DNA from: Sulfurimonas sp.
Lineage (GTDB): Bacteria > Campylobacterota > Campylobacteria > Campylobacterales > Sulfurimonadaceae
DNA: 37,118 nucleotides
Direction of reading: 5' to 3'
NCBI GenBank assembly: GCA_015487435.1
Contig: WFPU01000038.1
Location: forward strand, 1 to 37,118
Shown here piece after piece: positions 10,117 through 20,209 of this stretch. The notes below the pieces were generated by a model that was not told the DNA's origin, searched no databases, and was given only the letters and a program-made list of their open reading frames with translations. The translations under genes and the position numbers were made by a program. Positions within the stretch are counted from its first letter, which is position 1. Every line of letters starts with the position of its first letter.

Positions 10117-10602
10117 TTGAAACGAAATATTTATATTGATTTTACTTACTTAATAATTTTGGCTGCTACATTTGGTGGCGTTATGGTACTAGGAGTATTA
10201 GTCGCACCTGTTATTTTTTATACTGATGGGATTATTGTTGATGTAGTACTTGATAGATATAACTCTGGAATTATTATGGCAGAAATTTTTAGTCGATTTG
10301 CCACATGGCTTTATGTAGTTGTATTTATAGTACTTAGCTATGAGGCAATTATGTACAAGATGGGTCAAAAAGATAGATATCTATTTGTTGGTGCATTTCT
10401 TGTAGTTTTTTCATCTTTAATGTTTAGTGGAGTATATGTACCTAAAATCTTAGCTATGCAAGATATGGGTAGAGAAGCAACTCAGAGTGATACATTTGCA
10501 ACTATTCATGCTGCAAGTGAGATTGATTTTAAAATATTAGCAGTTGGTTTATTGGTTTTATTTGTTAGAAGGTTGATGTTGCTTAGTACAAAAGCAAATT
10601 AA
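10117..10602 (+). CDS. DUF4149-like membrane protein
   Basis: Four hydrophobic segments with VAPVIF and F..IH..SE, typical of DUF4149/TMEM205-like proteins. Confidence 0.75.
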   Translation: MKRNIYIDFTYLIILAATFGGVMVLGVLVAPVIFYTDGIIVDVVLDRYNSGIIMAEIFSRFATWLYVVVFIVLSYEAIMYKMGQKDRYLFVGAFLVVFSSLMFSGVYVPKILAMQDMGREATQSDTFATIHAASEIDFKILAVGLLVLFVRRLMLLSTKAN

Positions 10603-10608
10603 AAGGAG

Positions 10609-10628
10609 TGAAGCCGAAAAAGGCTTCA
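10609..10628. terminator. Hairpin after the nadE-DUF4149 operon (possible terminator or stability hairpin)
   Basis: TGAAGCC-GAAAAA-GGCTTCA, 6 nt after the stop codon. No strong U-tract on the plus strand. Confidence 0.45.
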
Positions 10629-10657
10629 ATGAATTTGACTTCTTGGAATCTAGCCTC

Positions 10658-10701
10658 TTGCATAACTTAGATTCTGAATCAAGTTCAGAATGACAAAACT
10701 T
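10658..10701. repeat. Palindromic dispersed repeat, locus 2
   Basis: TAGATTCTGAATCAAGTTCAGAATGAC core at 10668-10694. 42/44 identical to 28919-28962. A partial inverted unit lies at about 10636-10653. Confidence 0.85.
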
Positions 10702-10757
10702 GAACTAAGGTGGACATTTTTCTGTGAAAAACATTCCTACATTGGAGATAAGGGCAT

Positions 10758-11876
10758 CTAATCCTGTTGTCTTCTCATATATGATGGCACATCTAGATAG
10801 TTCTCATCCATCTCTCCACCAACTACAAGCATTGGTCTTGATTTAACAGTTGGTTGAGGATTTTCACTTACAAAATCACTATTGTTTCCAGTTTTTTTAT
10901 CATCGGCATGTTCAAAACCAGTAGCAATTATTGTTATTTTCACATAATCTTCTGCTAAATCATCATCAGTAGAGGTTCCAAAAATAATGTCAGCATTATC
11001 ATCAGCACTTTCATTTACAACTTCCATAGCTGCATAAATTTCCATTGTTGGAAAGTTTGAGTGCATACTAAAGTGAACCAAAACGCCCATCGCTCCGTTG
11101 ATGCTCATATTATCAAGTAGAGGGGACTCAATTGCAGACTTTATAGCTTCATAAGCAGCATTATCACCCTCATGTTCGCCAACACCCATGAGTGCCATAC
11201 CACGATGCTGCATAACAGTTTTTAGATCGGCAAAATCCAGATTGATATCATTTGTACCACTTGAAAGGATTACACCAGATGTACCACTAACAGCTTGTGC
11301 TAGAACACTGTCTACTATCTTAAAACTATCTTTTAAGCCTAGTTTTCTATCTATTATTGATAAAAGTTTATCATTAGGAATAACTACTATAGAATCACTT
11401 TCACGCTTAAGTTCCTCAAGACCAGCCTCAGCTAGTTTAAGACGCTTTTTACCCTCAAAAGAGAAAGGTTTAGTTACTATTGAGATAGTTAAAGCTCCAA
11501 CATCCTTGGCAATTTGTGCAACAACAGGAGCAGCTCCAGTTCCAGTTCCACCACCAAGACCAGCAGAGATAAATACGATATCAGCACCTTCAAGAGCAGT
11601 TCTAATCTCATCATAACTCTCTAATGCAGACTCTTTACCAATTTCAGGTTTCATACCAGCACCAAGACCTTTCGTAAGTTTTGCACCAATTTGAATTTTA
11701 GATGAGTCACTATCGTTTAAAACCTGAGCATCAGTATTTATACTAATCATCTCAATACCAGAGATTCCTTCGTTTAGCATGTGACCAATCATGTTTCCAC
11801 CACCGCCACCAACACCGACAGCTACAATTCTAGCACCGTTTATACCTTGTACTTCTTCTACTACGAATGGTTCCAT
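10758..11876 (-). CDS. ftsZ: Cell division protein FtsZ
   Basis: GVGGGGGN, GLGGGTGTG, INLDFAD motifs and C-terminal LDVPSYMRRQ peptide. Confidence 0.99.
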   Translation of the reverse strand: MEPFVVEEVQGINGARIVAVGVGGGGGNMIGHMLNEGISGIEMISINTDAQVLNDSDSSKIQIGAKLTKGLGAGMKPEIGKESALESYDEIRTALEGADIVFISAGLGGGTGTGAAPVVAQIAKDVGALTISIVTKPFSFEGKKRLKLAEAGLEELKRESDSIVVIPNDKLLSIIDRKLGLKDSFKIVDSVLAQAVSGTSGVILSSGTNDINLDFADLKTVMQHRGMALMGVGEHEGDNAAYEAIKSAIESPLLDNMSINGAMGVLVHFSMHSNFPTMEIYAAMEVVNESADDNADIIFGTSTDDDLAEDYVKITIIATGFEHADDKKTGNNSDFVSENPQPTVKSRPMLVVGGEMDENYLDVPSYMRRQQD

Positions 11877-11888
11877 ATCTTCACTCCT

Positions 11889-13247
11889 TTAAAATAATTG
11901 GGTAGCCCAATTCCAAAATTTACTAATAGATGACGCTTCATCACTTTTTTTCTCTTTTTTTGATGGAAGAGTTACTAATTTCTCTTTAGCATCTTCATCA
12001 AATGCTGGAGCTATAGGAATCTCTGGTTCATTTGAAAAATCTACACTACTATCTTCTTGAGGCTTTTCATTTGAATGCCTAATATGTTTATTTACATCTA
12101 TTTCATAAGGTGTATAGTTTGAAGATGAGTACATTACGAGTCCAATAGCACTTGCATACTCTGGACCTTTTAAGTCTTCAAATAAACCTTCCATAACTTT
12201 TGGTTTAGCAAGCCTTACCGGACCACTATCAAAAGTTGCAACTGCTAGTTCACGAATACCTGGTATTTTTGATAATCCACCAGTTAAAACTATACCAGCA
12301 CCAAGCTTATCTTTTAAGCCACTATTTTCAATAAACTGTGCTAAAATCATTAGTGTCTCTTCAACTCTAGCATAGATAACATTGTAAACTACCTCTAAAG
12401 AAACTTCATGTGTATTATTGTCATCGCCGATTAATGGTAGCTCTATTAAATCATTATTAGGAGATAGTAGGGAACCAAAATCTATCTTTACATTATCGGC
12501 AACATTTAGCGGAGTGTGTAATGCCATAGATAAATCATTTGTAATATGGTTAGAGCCTACACCTAAAAATTCATTATGTCTTATTGCATTTCCCGAGTGT
12601 ATAATTAAATTTGAAGTATTTCCACCCATATCTATAACTGCCACACCTAACTCTTTTTCATCTTCATTAATTGTTGATATTGACGCAGCATAACCACTTA
12701 ATATAATATTATCAACTTCGATATCTGCCCCACGAACAGCTTTTTTAAGGTTATTAAGATTTGATTTTTGAGTTGTAATTATATGAGTTTCAACTTCAAG
12801 TCTTGAAGCATTCATCCCCAGTGGATCTTCTATATAGTCTTGATCATCAACTTTAAAATTATATGGTAAGGCATGTAATACTTCATATTCATTTGGGATA
12901 TTGGCATTATAAAGGGATGTTTGCATAACTCGTTCAATCTCTTTAAAACTAATCTCTTTGTTTTGAATATTTACAATTCCAGTTGAATTTAGGCTTTTTG
13001 TATAACTACCAGATATTGAAACTATAGCACTTTTTACATCTGTAGCTGCTACTCTTTTAGCATCATTTACAGCTTGTTTAATAGATCTAGATGCGAGTTC
13101 AATATTTGTTATAGTCCCTCGTTTTAAACCCTGTGCTTTATTTATTCCAGCACCAATAATTGCAATCGAGCCACTATCCTCAACTCTTGCTATTATCGCG
13201 CATATTTTTGTAGAGCCAATATCAATGGCTAATACAGTTTTCCCCAA
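11889..13247 (-). CDS. ftsA: Cell division protein FtsA
   Basis: IDIGSTKI, IDMGGNTS, GIVLTGG motifs, C-terminal amphipathic KFWNWATQLF, upstream of ftsZ. TTG start. Confidence 0.97.
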   Translation of the reverse strand: MGKTVLAIDIGSTKICAIIARVEDSGSIAIIGAGINKAQGLKRGTITNIELASRSIKQAVNDAKRVAATDVKSAIVSISGSYTKSLNSTGIVNIQNKEISFKEIERVMQTSLYNANIPNEYEVLHALPYNFKVDDQDYIEDPLGMNASRLEVETHIITTQKSNLNNLKKAVRGADIEVDNIILSGYAASISTINEDEKELGVAVIDMGGNTSNLIIHSGNAIRHNEFLGVGSNHITNDLSMALHTPLNVADNVKIDFGSLLSPNNDLIELPLIGDDNNTHEVSLEVVYNVIYARVEETLMILAQFIENSGLKDKLGAGIVLTGGLSKIPGIRELAVATFDSGPVRLAKPKVMEGLFEDLKGPEYASAIGLVMYSSSNYTPYEIDVNKHIRHSNEKPQEDSSVDFSNEPEIPIAPAFDEDAKEKLVTLPSKKEKKSDEASSISKFWNWATQLF

Positions 13248-13248
13248 T

Positions 13249-14574
13249 TTATAGTCCTTCTATAAAAATCTCTGTTTTATACTCATTTTTTAAAGTGTTG
13301 ATTAAACCAACATTAAACATGGAGTTTTTAAGTCTTGAAATTGTCAGGTTTTCTTGAGTATTAGCAAGCATTTTTTGTTCCAAAATATTATAAAGAACAA
13401 TCTTTCCACTTTCAAGAGTAATAAAATCTCTCTTTTTTTGATTTACAAATAATTGACTTAAAAAATCTGCAGTATCAGTTTCATCTAATTCAGGAAAAAC
13501 ATTTGTATCCATTTGTGTAATAAAACCAGTAGATTGACCTTTAAATGTTGCCAATGAGTTTTGCGCTAGCTCCACAAGTTTTCTTTTCTTTTGCTCATTA
13601 ACATATACTGGCAGTACTAATTTTTTTGCTTGCTCATATGTTTTAGAATATGATGGATTTACTTTTTCAAGTTTAATACTATAGTAAGTATCGCCTATCA
13701 TAATTGGTTTCATGAATGGAGAAGTTGATGTAAGTTTAGATATTTTTGTAAAAGTTTCATCATTAAAAATATTGTTGGATGCTGAAACATTTGCGCTTGT
13801 AATCACAACATCATCAGATAATTTTCCTTTTTTGAAATCTATATAATCTCTAAGTGCATCTTTTTTTTCACCACCAGTATTTTGGATGTAACTTATATCA
13901 TAACTTACTTCATTCATATAGTTTTGTTGCGTCATCTCCCAAAATGGTTTTAGCTTTTCATCAGATGTATCGATAACTATTTGAGAGTTGTCTAGTACTT
14001 TGTAGTTTATCTTATCTGCTATATTTGTTACATAGTTTAATATTTTTTCTTCATTTTCATTAGTTTGTACAGGTAAAAGTTTTAATGTTTTTTGGATTAG
14101 AAGCTCTTTTTTCATATCTGCTTCATATTCTTTTATGCTTAAATTATTTCTTGAAAGCGCAGACTTATAAATATCTTTATTAAATACACCATCTTTATAG
14201 AAAAAATCTTGTGATTTAATCTCATTTAATAGTTCAGCATCACTAATTGATAAACTGTAAGATTCAGCTAAATTTAGAATTAGTGCTTGGTCTATTAATT
14301 GTTTTAATGCTTGACTTTGTAGTCCAAAACTTTTTGCTTTTTCCTCATCAAAGTTACCTTGAAACATCTCATTGTATTGTTTATAAAGTCTTGAATAACT
14401 TTTTTGTAAATCACCCATGCTAATCTCTACATTACCAACTTTAGCAACAGATCCTGCTTTGTCTCCGTAAGAGTATTGACCCCAGCCAACAAAACCAGCT
14501 CCAACAAATGCTATTGTTGAAATCCAAACTGTAATAATTAGGTATTTTTTATGTCTTTGCATCCATGTAATCAT
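13249..14574 (-). CDS. PpiD/SurA N-terminal-domain periplasmic chaperone (peptidylprolyl isomerase family)
   Basis: MITWMQ...WISTIAFVGAG N-terminus, VAKVGNVEIS, GVFNKDIY. Located ahead of ftsA as in other Campylobacterota. Confidence 0.85.
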   Translation of the reverse strand: MITWMQRHKKYLIITVWISTIAFVGAGFVGWGQYSYGDKAGSVAKVGNVEISMGDLQKSYSRLYKQYNEMFQGNFDEEKAKSFGLQSQALKQLIDQALILNLAESYSLSISDAELLNEIKSQDFFYKDGVFNKDIYKSALSRNNLSIKEYEADMKKELLIQKTLKLLPVQTNENEEKILNYVTNIADKINYKVLDNSQIVIDTSDEKLKPFWEMTQQNYMNEVSYDISYIQNTGGEKKDALRDYIDFKKGKLSDDVVITSANVSASNNIFNDETFTKISKLTSTSPFMKPIMIGDTYYSIKLEKVNPSYSKTYEQAKKLVLPVYVNEQKKRKLVELAQNSLATFKGQSTGFITQMDTNVFPELDETDTADFLSQLFVNQKKRDFITLESGKIVLYNILEQKMLANTQENLTISRLKNSMFNVGLINTLKNEYKTEIFIEGL

Positions 14575-14733
14575 TTGAATATAAGCCTTGTTGTTTATTT
14601 TTTTGTATTTTATGTAAATTCGCCTTTAAGCTTGCTAAATAAGGGGATTATATCGTTAAAACAATCAATAAATTTGTCTACTTAGTAAACTTGTGATAGT
14701 ATAACAAAATTTAAAAAATGGTGAGTACTACAA

Positions 14734-16032
14734 ATGAAAAATATTGAATTAAAAAATAGAGATTTAGATGTACTCTGGCATCCGTGCACTCAGATGAAAG
14801 ACCATGAAACACTCCCTCTTATTCCCATTAAAAAGGCGCATGGTGTCTATTTGGAGGATTTTGAGGGAAACAAATATATTGATGCAATAAGTTCTTGGTG
14901 GGTAAATATGTTTGGACATACTAACAAATATATTAATGACAAGATAAAAGAGCAATTAGATACATTAGAACATGTTATTTTAGCTGGATTTACACATGAA
15001 CAAGTTGTAATATTATCTGAAAGATTAGTTAAATTAACTCCAGATGGACTCGATAAATGTTTTTACTCAGATAATGGTTCAAGTGCAGTTGAAGTGGCAC
15101 TAAAGATGAGTTATCATGCTCACTTAAATGATGGTAATGGAGATAAAAATATATTTGTATCTCTAAAAAATTCTTATCATGGTGAGACAATTGGAGCTTT
15201 GAGTGTTGGAGATGTAGAGCTATATAAAGATACATATAAACCACTTTTATTACAAACGCTTCAAACAGCAGTTCCAAAAGATATGAGTATAAAATCAGCT
15301 AAAATCGCTGCATCTGGTTTTGAAGAATTATGTAAAGAAAAAGCAGATGAGATAAGTGCGATTATACTTGAACCATTAATTCAAGGGGCAGGGTATATGC
15401 ATATGTATCATCCTCAATTTTTAGTGCTTATTCGAGAGATATGCACTAGATACAATGTCCATCTAATCGCAGATGAAGTTATGGTTGGTTTTGGTAGGAC
15501 AGGTGAGCTTTTTGCGTGCGAAAAAGCAAATATTACACCTGATTTTATAGTTCTATCAAAAGGATTAACTGGTGGTTACTTACCCCTTTCAGTAGTACTT
15601 ACTTCAAATGAAATCTATGCTAAATTTTATTGTGATTATAACGAACATAAAGCATTTTTACACTCCCACTCATACACAGGAAATGCATTAGCATGTGCCG
15701 CTGCAAATGCAACATTAGATATATTTGAAAATGACAATGTTATAGAAAAAAACAAAGATATAGCAAGATATATGGGTAAAAAACTACAAAAATTTTCAGA
15801 GCTTGAAAATGTAGCTGAAGTTAGACAAACAGGTATGATATGTGTAGTGGAGTTAAAAGGTTATAGCTCTGAAGAAAGAATAGGTTTAAAAGTTTATGAC
15901 TATGGACTTAAAAACGGTGTGCTACTTCGTCCACTAGGGCATATTGTATATTTTATGCCTCCATATATCATAACAAATGAAGAGATTGATAAGATGATGG
16001 ATACGGCTTATGAGGCTATAAGGGATATATAA
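14734..16032 (+). CDS. bioA: Adenosylmethionine-8-amino-7-oxononanoate aminotransferase
   Basis: LWHPCTQM, DAISSWW, SYHGET, IADEVMVGFGRTG, SKGLTGGYLPL, LLRPLG motifs. Confidence 0.96.
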   Translation: MKNIELKNRDLDVLWHPCTQMKDHETLPLIPIKKAHGVYLEDFEGNKYIDAISSWWVNMFGHTNKYINDKIKEQLDTLEHVILAGFTHEQVVILSERLVKLTPDGLDKCFYSDNGSSAVEVALKMSYHAHLNDGNGDKNIFVSLKNSYHGETIGALSVGDVELYKDTYKPLLLQTLQTAVPKDMSIKSAKIAASGFEELCKEKADEISAIILEPLIQGAGYMHMYHPQFLVLIREICTRYNVHLIADEVMVGFGRTGELFACEKANITPDFIVLSKGLTGGYLPLSVVLTSNEIYAKFYCDYNEHKAFLHSHSYTGNALACAAANATLDIFENDNVIEKNKDIARYMGKKLQKFSELENVAEVRQTGMICVVELKGYSSEERIGLKVYDYGLKNGVLLRPLGHIVYFMPPYIITNEEIDKMMDTAYEAIRDI

Positions 16033-17204
16033 TGACTACATTTGAGAGCTTAAAATTACTAGAAAATGATATGAAAGAGTACAGACACTACTTTCATCAG
16101 TATCCAGAGACTGCTTTTGAAGAGCATAATACATCAAAATATTTAGTAAAAAAACTTACTTCATTTGGTTTGGAAGTGCATCAAGGTTTAGCTAAAACTG
16201 GTGTAGTAGCTACTTTAAAAGTAGGGAGTAGTGATAAAAAGATAGCTCTTCGTGCAGATATGGATGCACTAAACATGCAAGAATATGGCGACTTGGAGTA
16301 TAAGTCAAAAAATGAAGGCAAGATGCACGGATGTGGTCATGATGGGCATATGGCAATGCTTTTAGGGGCAGCAAAGTATCTAAGTAAGAGTAAAAACTTT
16401 GATGGCACTGTTTATTTTATTTTTCAACCAGCTGAAGAGATAAAAGGTGGTGCTAAAAAGATGATAGAAGATGGTCTTTTTAAACTATTTGAAGCTGATA
16501 GTGTATGGGGGATGCATAATTTTCACGGATTTGGTGTTGGTACTTTTGCTATAAAAAGTGGTGCGATGATGGCTTCATTTGATACATTTGAAATAGAGAT
16601 CAGTGGTGTAGGGTGTCATGCAGGTATGCCACATTTAGGGCGTGACCCTATTGTAGCATCTGCACAAGTAATAACTGCGATGCAAAGCATAGTAAGTAGA
16701 ACTACTGATCCACTTGATTCAGTTGTGGTTAGTGTTACACAAATTCAAGGTGGTACTACTTGGAATGTAATTCCAAAATCTGTAACATTAAGGGGAACAT
16801 TTCGAACTCTAAAAAAAGAGGTCATATCTGATGTTAAAAGAGAGATAGATAAAGTAGCATCTTTAACTTGTGAAGCATTAGGGCTAGATGCAAAAGTAAA
16901 GTTTAATCCTGAAAATTCCGCTTATCCAGTTACTTACAACCCTAAAAAAGAGGCAAATATAGCAAAAGAGGTTGCAAAAAATCTTGCGGGTGAACAAAAT
17001 GTTGTGAGTGAATTTAACCCAAGCATGGGTGCAGAAGATTTTTCTATGATGTTAGATGAAAAACCTGGATGTTTTATATGGGTTGGAAATGGAGAGATAA
17101 AAAATAATTGTGTACTTCATAACACACAGTATGATTTTAATGATGATGCCCTTGTATGGGGAGCATCTTATTGGGTGGATTTGACTAAAAAGCTTTTAAA
17201 TTAG
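16032..17204 (+). CDS. M20D family amidohydrolase (hippurate hydrolase-like)
   Basis: HQYPETAFEE, LRADMDAL, MHGCGHDGH, FQPAEE, GAEDF, LHN.QYDFND motifs. Confidence 0.92.
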   Translation: MTTFESLKLLENDMKEYRHYFHQYPETAFEEHNTSKYLVKKLTSFGLEVHQGLAKTGVVATLKVGSSDKKIALRADMDALNMQEYGDLEYKSKNEGKMHGCGHDGHMAMLLGAAKYLSKSKNFDGTVYFIFQPAEEIKGGAKKMIEDGLFKLFEADSVWGMHNFHGFGVGTFAIKSGAMMASFDTFEIEISGVGCHAGMPHLGRDPIVASAQVITAMQSIVSRTTDPLDSVVVSVTQIQGGTTWNVIPKSVTLRGTFRTLKKEVISDVKREIDKVASLTCEALGLDAKVKFNPENSAYPVTYNPKKEANIAKEVAKNLAGEQNVVSEFNPSMGAEDFSMMLDEKPGCFIWVGNGEIKNNCVLHNTQYDFNDDALVWGASYWVDLTKKLLN

Positions 17205-17791
17205 TCGAAATTATAATTGGCTTTATGGTTATCTAACATAAGCAATCTACAGCTTTTCTCTAAGATGGCAAGTTTATTTGCCATCTCATGAATATCACGA
17301 TTATAAGAGTAAACACCATACCCTTTTATTATCATAATATCAGTTTTATTACTTTGAAAATAGTGCGCTATCTTACTTTGAGCTCTTTCATACCAATCAT
17401 CAAATTGTCCTGGATCAACGATTTCAATAGAGCCTAATTCTTTATAACCAAAGTAATCTTTTGGAGAGATGATATTATGCTCAAGTGAGTAAGCTGTTGT
17501 AAAAGGTGGCATAGAAAAACATATAAATTTTGCATCTGATAGTTGAGAGTATATACTATGGTGGATGGTGGCATCTATACTTGCTTGGTTCCATCTATAA
17601 TCTTTTTTGAAATATAACTCAATTAGATTACTTTCATCTATAGCATCAAAGATAGCTTCTTTTGTGTTTATAATAAAACGGTTAGATTCCACTTTTGCAG
17701 AGATAGAACCGTGGTAAATTCCGAAAAAGTCTTTTCTAAACATTGATAGGGCTAGGGTTGAAAGTTTTTTCTTTATATTCTCTCTATTCAT
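17201..17791 (-). CDS. Class II aldolase/adducin-head family protein lacking Zn-binding histidines
   Basis: GSISAK, IHHSIY...DAKFI, PPFTTAYS follow the class II aldolase pattern. HxH is replaced by FSM and xHG by GYG. Confidence 0.8.
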   Translation of the reverse strand: MNRENIKKKLSTLALSMFRKDFFGIYHGSISAKVESNRFIINTKEAIFDAIDESNLIELYFKKDYRWNQASIDATIHHSIYSQLSDAKFICFSMPPFTTAYSLEHNIISPKDYFGYKELGSIEIVDPGQFDDWYERAQSKIAHYFQSNKTDIMIIKGYGVYSYNRDIHEMANKLAILEKSCRLLMLDNHKANYNFD

Positions 17792-17819
17792 TTTATAGCC
17801 CTTTGTTTATATTAATTGA

Positions 17820-17839
17820 AAAAGGAAGTAATTCCTTTT
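17820..17839 (-). terminator. Probable intrinsic terminator downstream of dnaJ
   Basis: Perfect AAAAGGAA-GTAA-TTCCTTTT hairpin ending in a T-run on the minus strand. The stem is weak and AT-rich. Confidence 0.45.
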
Positions 17840-17888
17840 AGTACATTAGCCACTCAAACTCTAAAGTTAGACTATAAAGAGATAAGAT

Positions 17889-19007
17889 TTACTTAAACCA
17901 GCTTTTCATTTTCTCTATTGCAGAATCTAAAACACCCTCATGAGGTTTTGATTCAATTCCAAAAGACTCTTGAAGTTGTTTTAAAAGTTCTTTTTGTTCA
18001 GAGTTTATTTTATTAGGGTAAGTTAAATTTACTTGCGCAATTAAGTTACCTTTTCCGTGACCATGAACATCATCAATACCTTCGCCTCTAAAAGTGAAAT
18101 GTTGTTTATCTACAGTTCCAACATCAAGTTTAAGCTCAAGCTCACCTGTTAAAGATGGTATTGTCAATGTTTCGCCAGTAATTGCTTGAGTGAAAAATAC
18201 AGGTATCTCTATATATATATCGTTCCCATCACGGATGAAGTGTTTATCTTTGGATACTGAAAAAGTAACATATAGATCGCCACGATTTCCATGTTTACCA
18301 GTATTTCCTTGACCTGAAACTCTTAGACGGTTTCCGTTGTCTATCCCCTTAGGGACTTTAATAGTCACCTTATTTTCTTTCTTAGTATAACCTGCACCAT
18401 GACACTCATCACATCTAGTAGTAGCAGCAGCACCAGTCCCTTCACACTCTGGACATGTTTGTGAAAATGTCATAAAACCTTGTTTCATATAAATTTGACC
18501 TTGACCATTACAACCTTTACAAGCAGATAGTTTACCATCTTTTGCACCAGTAGCTTTACACGGTTTACAAGCATCTTTATATTGAAACTCTACCTCTTTT
18601 TCGCAACCAAAAATTGCTTCATGAAATGATATTTTCATATTTACATTCATATCTAATGGGTATTTGTCAAAATCTGCTGGATTTTGACGCCCAGATCTTC
18701 CTCCACCGCCAAAGCCATTGAACATATCTTCAAACATAGAGCTTAGGTCGTCAAATCCACCAGATGAACGACGAGCGCCACCTTGAAGACCCTCTTTTCC
18801 ATAACGGTCATATATGCTTCGTTGTCGCTCGTCAATTAAACATTGGTACGCTTCATTGCATAATTTGAATTTACGTTCAGCCTCTGAATCACCAGCATTT
18901 TTATCTGGATGATATTTTTTTGCCATAGCTCTATATGCTTTTTTTATAACTGATTTGTCTGCACTGCGCTCAATTTCTAAAATATCGTAGTAACATAAGT
19001 CTTTCAT
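17889..19007 (-). CDS. dnaJ: Chaperone DnaJ
   Basis: J domain with HPD, G/F-rich linker, four CxxCxxxG zinc-finger repeats, C-terminal domain. Confidence 0.98.
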   Translation of the reverse strand: MKDLCYYDILEIERSADKSVIKKAYRAMAKKYHPDKNAGDSEAERKFKLCNEAYQCLIDERQRSIYDRYGKEGLQGGARRSSGGFDDLSSMFEDMFNGFGGGGRSGRQNPADFDKYPLDMNVNMKISFHEAIFGCEKEVEFQYKDACKPCKATGAKDGKLSACKGCNGQGQIYMKQGFMTFSQTCPECEGTGAAATTRCDECHGAGYTKKENKVTIKVPKGIDNGNRLRVSGQGNTGKHGNRGDLYVTFSVSKDKHFIRDGNDIYIEIPVFFTQAITGETLTIPSLTGELELKLDVGTVDKQHFTFRGEGIDDVHGHGKGNLIAQVNLTYPNKINSEQKELLKQLQESFGIESKPHEGVLDSAIEKMKSWFK

Positions 19008-19046
19008 GTGTCTAAATTATCCTAACAAATATATTGATTTTTCGAA

Positions 19047-19071
19047 ATTATACCGTTTTTTTTACTATAAT
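19047..19071. promoter_or_regulatory. Back-to-back -10 boxes for dnaJ (minus) and mltA (plus)
   Basis: ATTATA at 19047-19052 (GGTATAAT on minus) and TATAAT at 19066-19071 on plus. Confidence 0.55.
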
Positions 19072-19078
19072 GCTATCT

Positions 19079-20209
19079 ATGAAATATATACTTAGTTTTT
19101 TAATAATATTTATCTTTTTTTCAGGATGTTCTAAAGAACCTTTACCAACATCATTAAAAGATATCAACTTAACTAATGCTTGCGTTACATATGATTGTTT
19201 GCCAAAAACTCTTTTACAAGAGAGATCTTTTGAAGATCTTCCAAATTGGGATGAAGAAAATTATGATGAAGCATTACAAAATTTTCAAAATAGTTGTTAT
19301 AGTTCAAAAACTAAAAAGTTTTATCAAGACCTTTGTAAAAATATAGAAAAAGTAACTAATTCTAAACAGTTTTTTACATCAAATTTTATCCCTTATGAGA
19401 TAAATAAGGAAGATGGGAATGTAACAGGGATGCTAACTGGATATTATGAACCATATTTAAAAGGTTCACTAACTAAACATGGAAAATATATCTATCCTGT
19501 ATATGAAACACCAAATGATTTAATTACAGTAGATTTAAGCTCTATCTATCCAGATTTGAAAAATTATAGACTTCGTGGACAGATTAAAGGGAATAAGCTT
19601 ATCCCTTATCATACAAGAGAACAAAGTTCAAAAATAGATGTAGATGCTAAGGTTATTTGTTATGTGGATTCTAAAATTGATCTTTTCTTTTTAGAAGTTC
19701 AAGGTTCTGGTCGTGTACTTTTAGATACTGGAGAGACTATTTTTATAGGATTTGGAAATCAAAATGGACATAAATATAAATCTATAGGTCGCTACCTTGT
19801 AGACATAGGTGAAATTCCATTAGAAGATATATCTATGCAAAGTATTCGTGCGTGGTTTGTGAAAAATCCTTCAAGAGTAGACGAAGTACTTAATCACAAC
19901 AAATCAGTTGTATATTTTAAACAAAGTCAACAAGCAGCAACTGGTTCTTTAGGGATACAACTTACTCCAAAACGCTCAATAGCTGTTGATAAACGCTTTA
20001 TTCCACTTGGTAGTATGCTTTATTGTAGTGCTGAACAAACTAATGTTAAATTTAATCGTATAGTTCAAGCCCAAGATACAGGTGGAGCTATAAAAGGAAC
20101 TATTAGGGCTGATATGTTTTTAGGATTTGGCGATTATGCAAGAGAGATTGCTGGTAGATTAAAAGCACCACTAAAACTTTGGATATTATTACCAAAAGAT
20201 CTCAAATGA
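19079..20209 (+). CDS. mltA: Membrane-bound lytic murein transglycosylase A (lipoprotein)
   Basis: Lipobox FSGC, TGYYEP, FFLEVQGSG, SIAVD, QDTGGAIKG..RADMFLG 3D-domain motifs. Start at ATG 19079 gives a proper signal peptide. Confidence 0.93.
   Translation: MKYILSFLIIFIFFSGCSKEPLPTSLKDINLTNACVTYDCLPKTLLQERSFEDLPNWDEENYDEALQNFQNSCYSSKTKKFYQDLCKNIEKVTNSKQFFTSNFIPYEINKEDGNVTGMLTGYYEPYLKGSLTKHGKYIYPVYETPNDLITVDLSSIYPDLKNYRLRGQIKGNKLIPYHTREQSSKIDVDAKVICYVDSKIDLFFLEVQGSGRVLLDTGETIFIGFGNQNGHKYKSIGRYLVDIGEIPLEDISMQSIRAWFVKNPSRVDEVLNHNKSVVYFKQSQQAATGSLGIQLTPKRSIAVDKRFIPLGSMLYCSAEQTNVKFNRIVQAQDTGGAIKGTIRADMFLGFGDYAREIAGRLKAPLKLWILLPKDLK

Noticed and set aside
14673-14708. BirA-like operator TTTGTCTAC...TATAACAAA before bioA
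   Set aside because: The spacer is longer than expected and the half-sites are imperfect. It is likely chance or part of the promoter.
17836-17880. HspR (HAIR) or CIRCE-like site downstream of dnaJ
   Set aside because: Half-sites are only partial, the spacing does not fit either consensus cleanly, and it lies after rather than before dnaJ.
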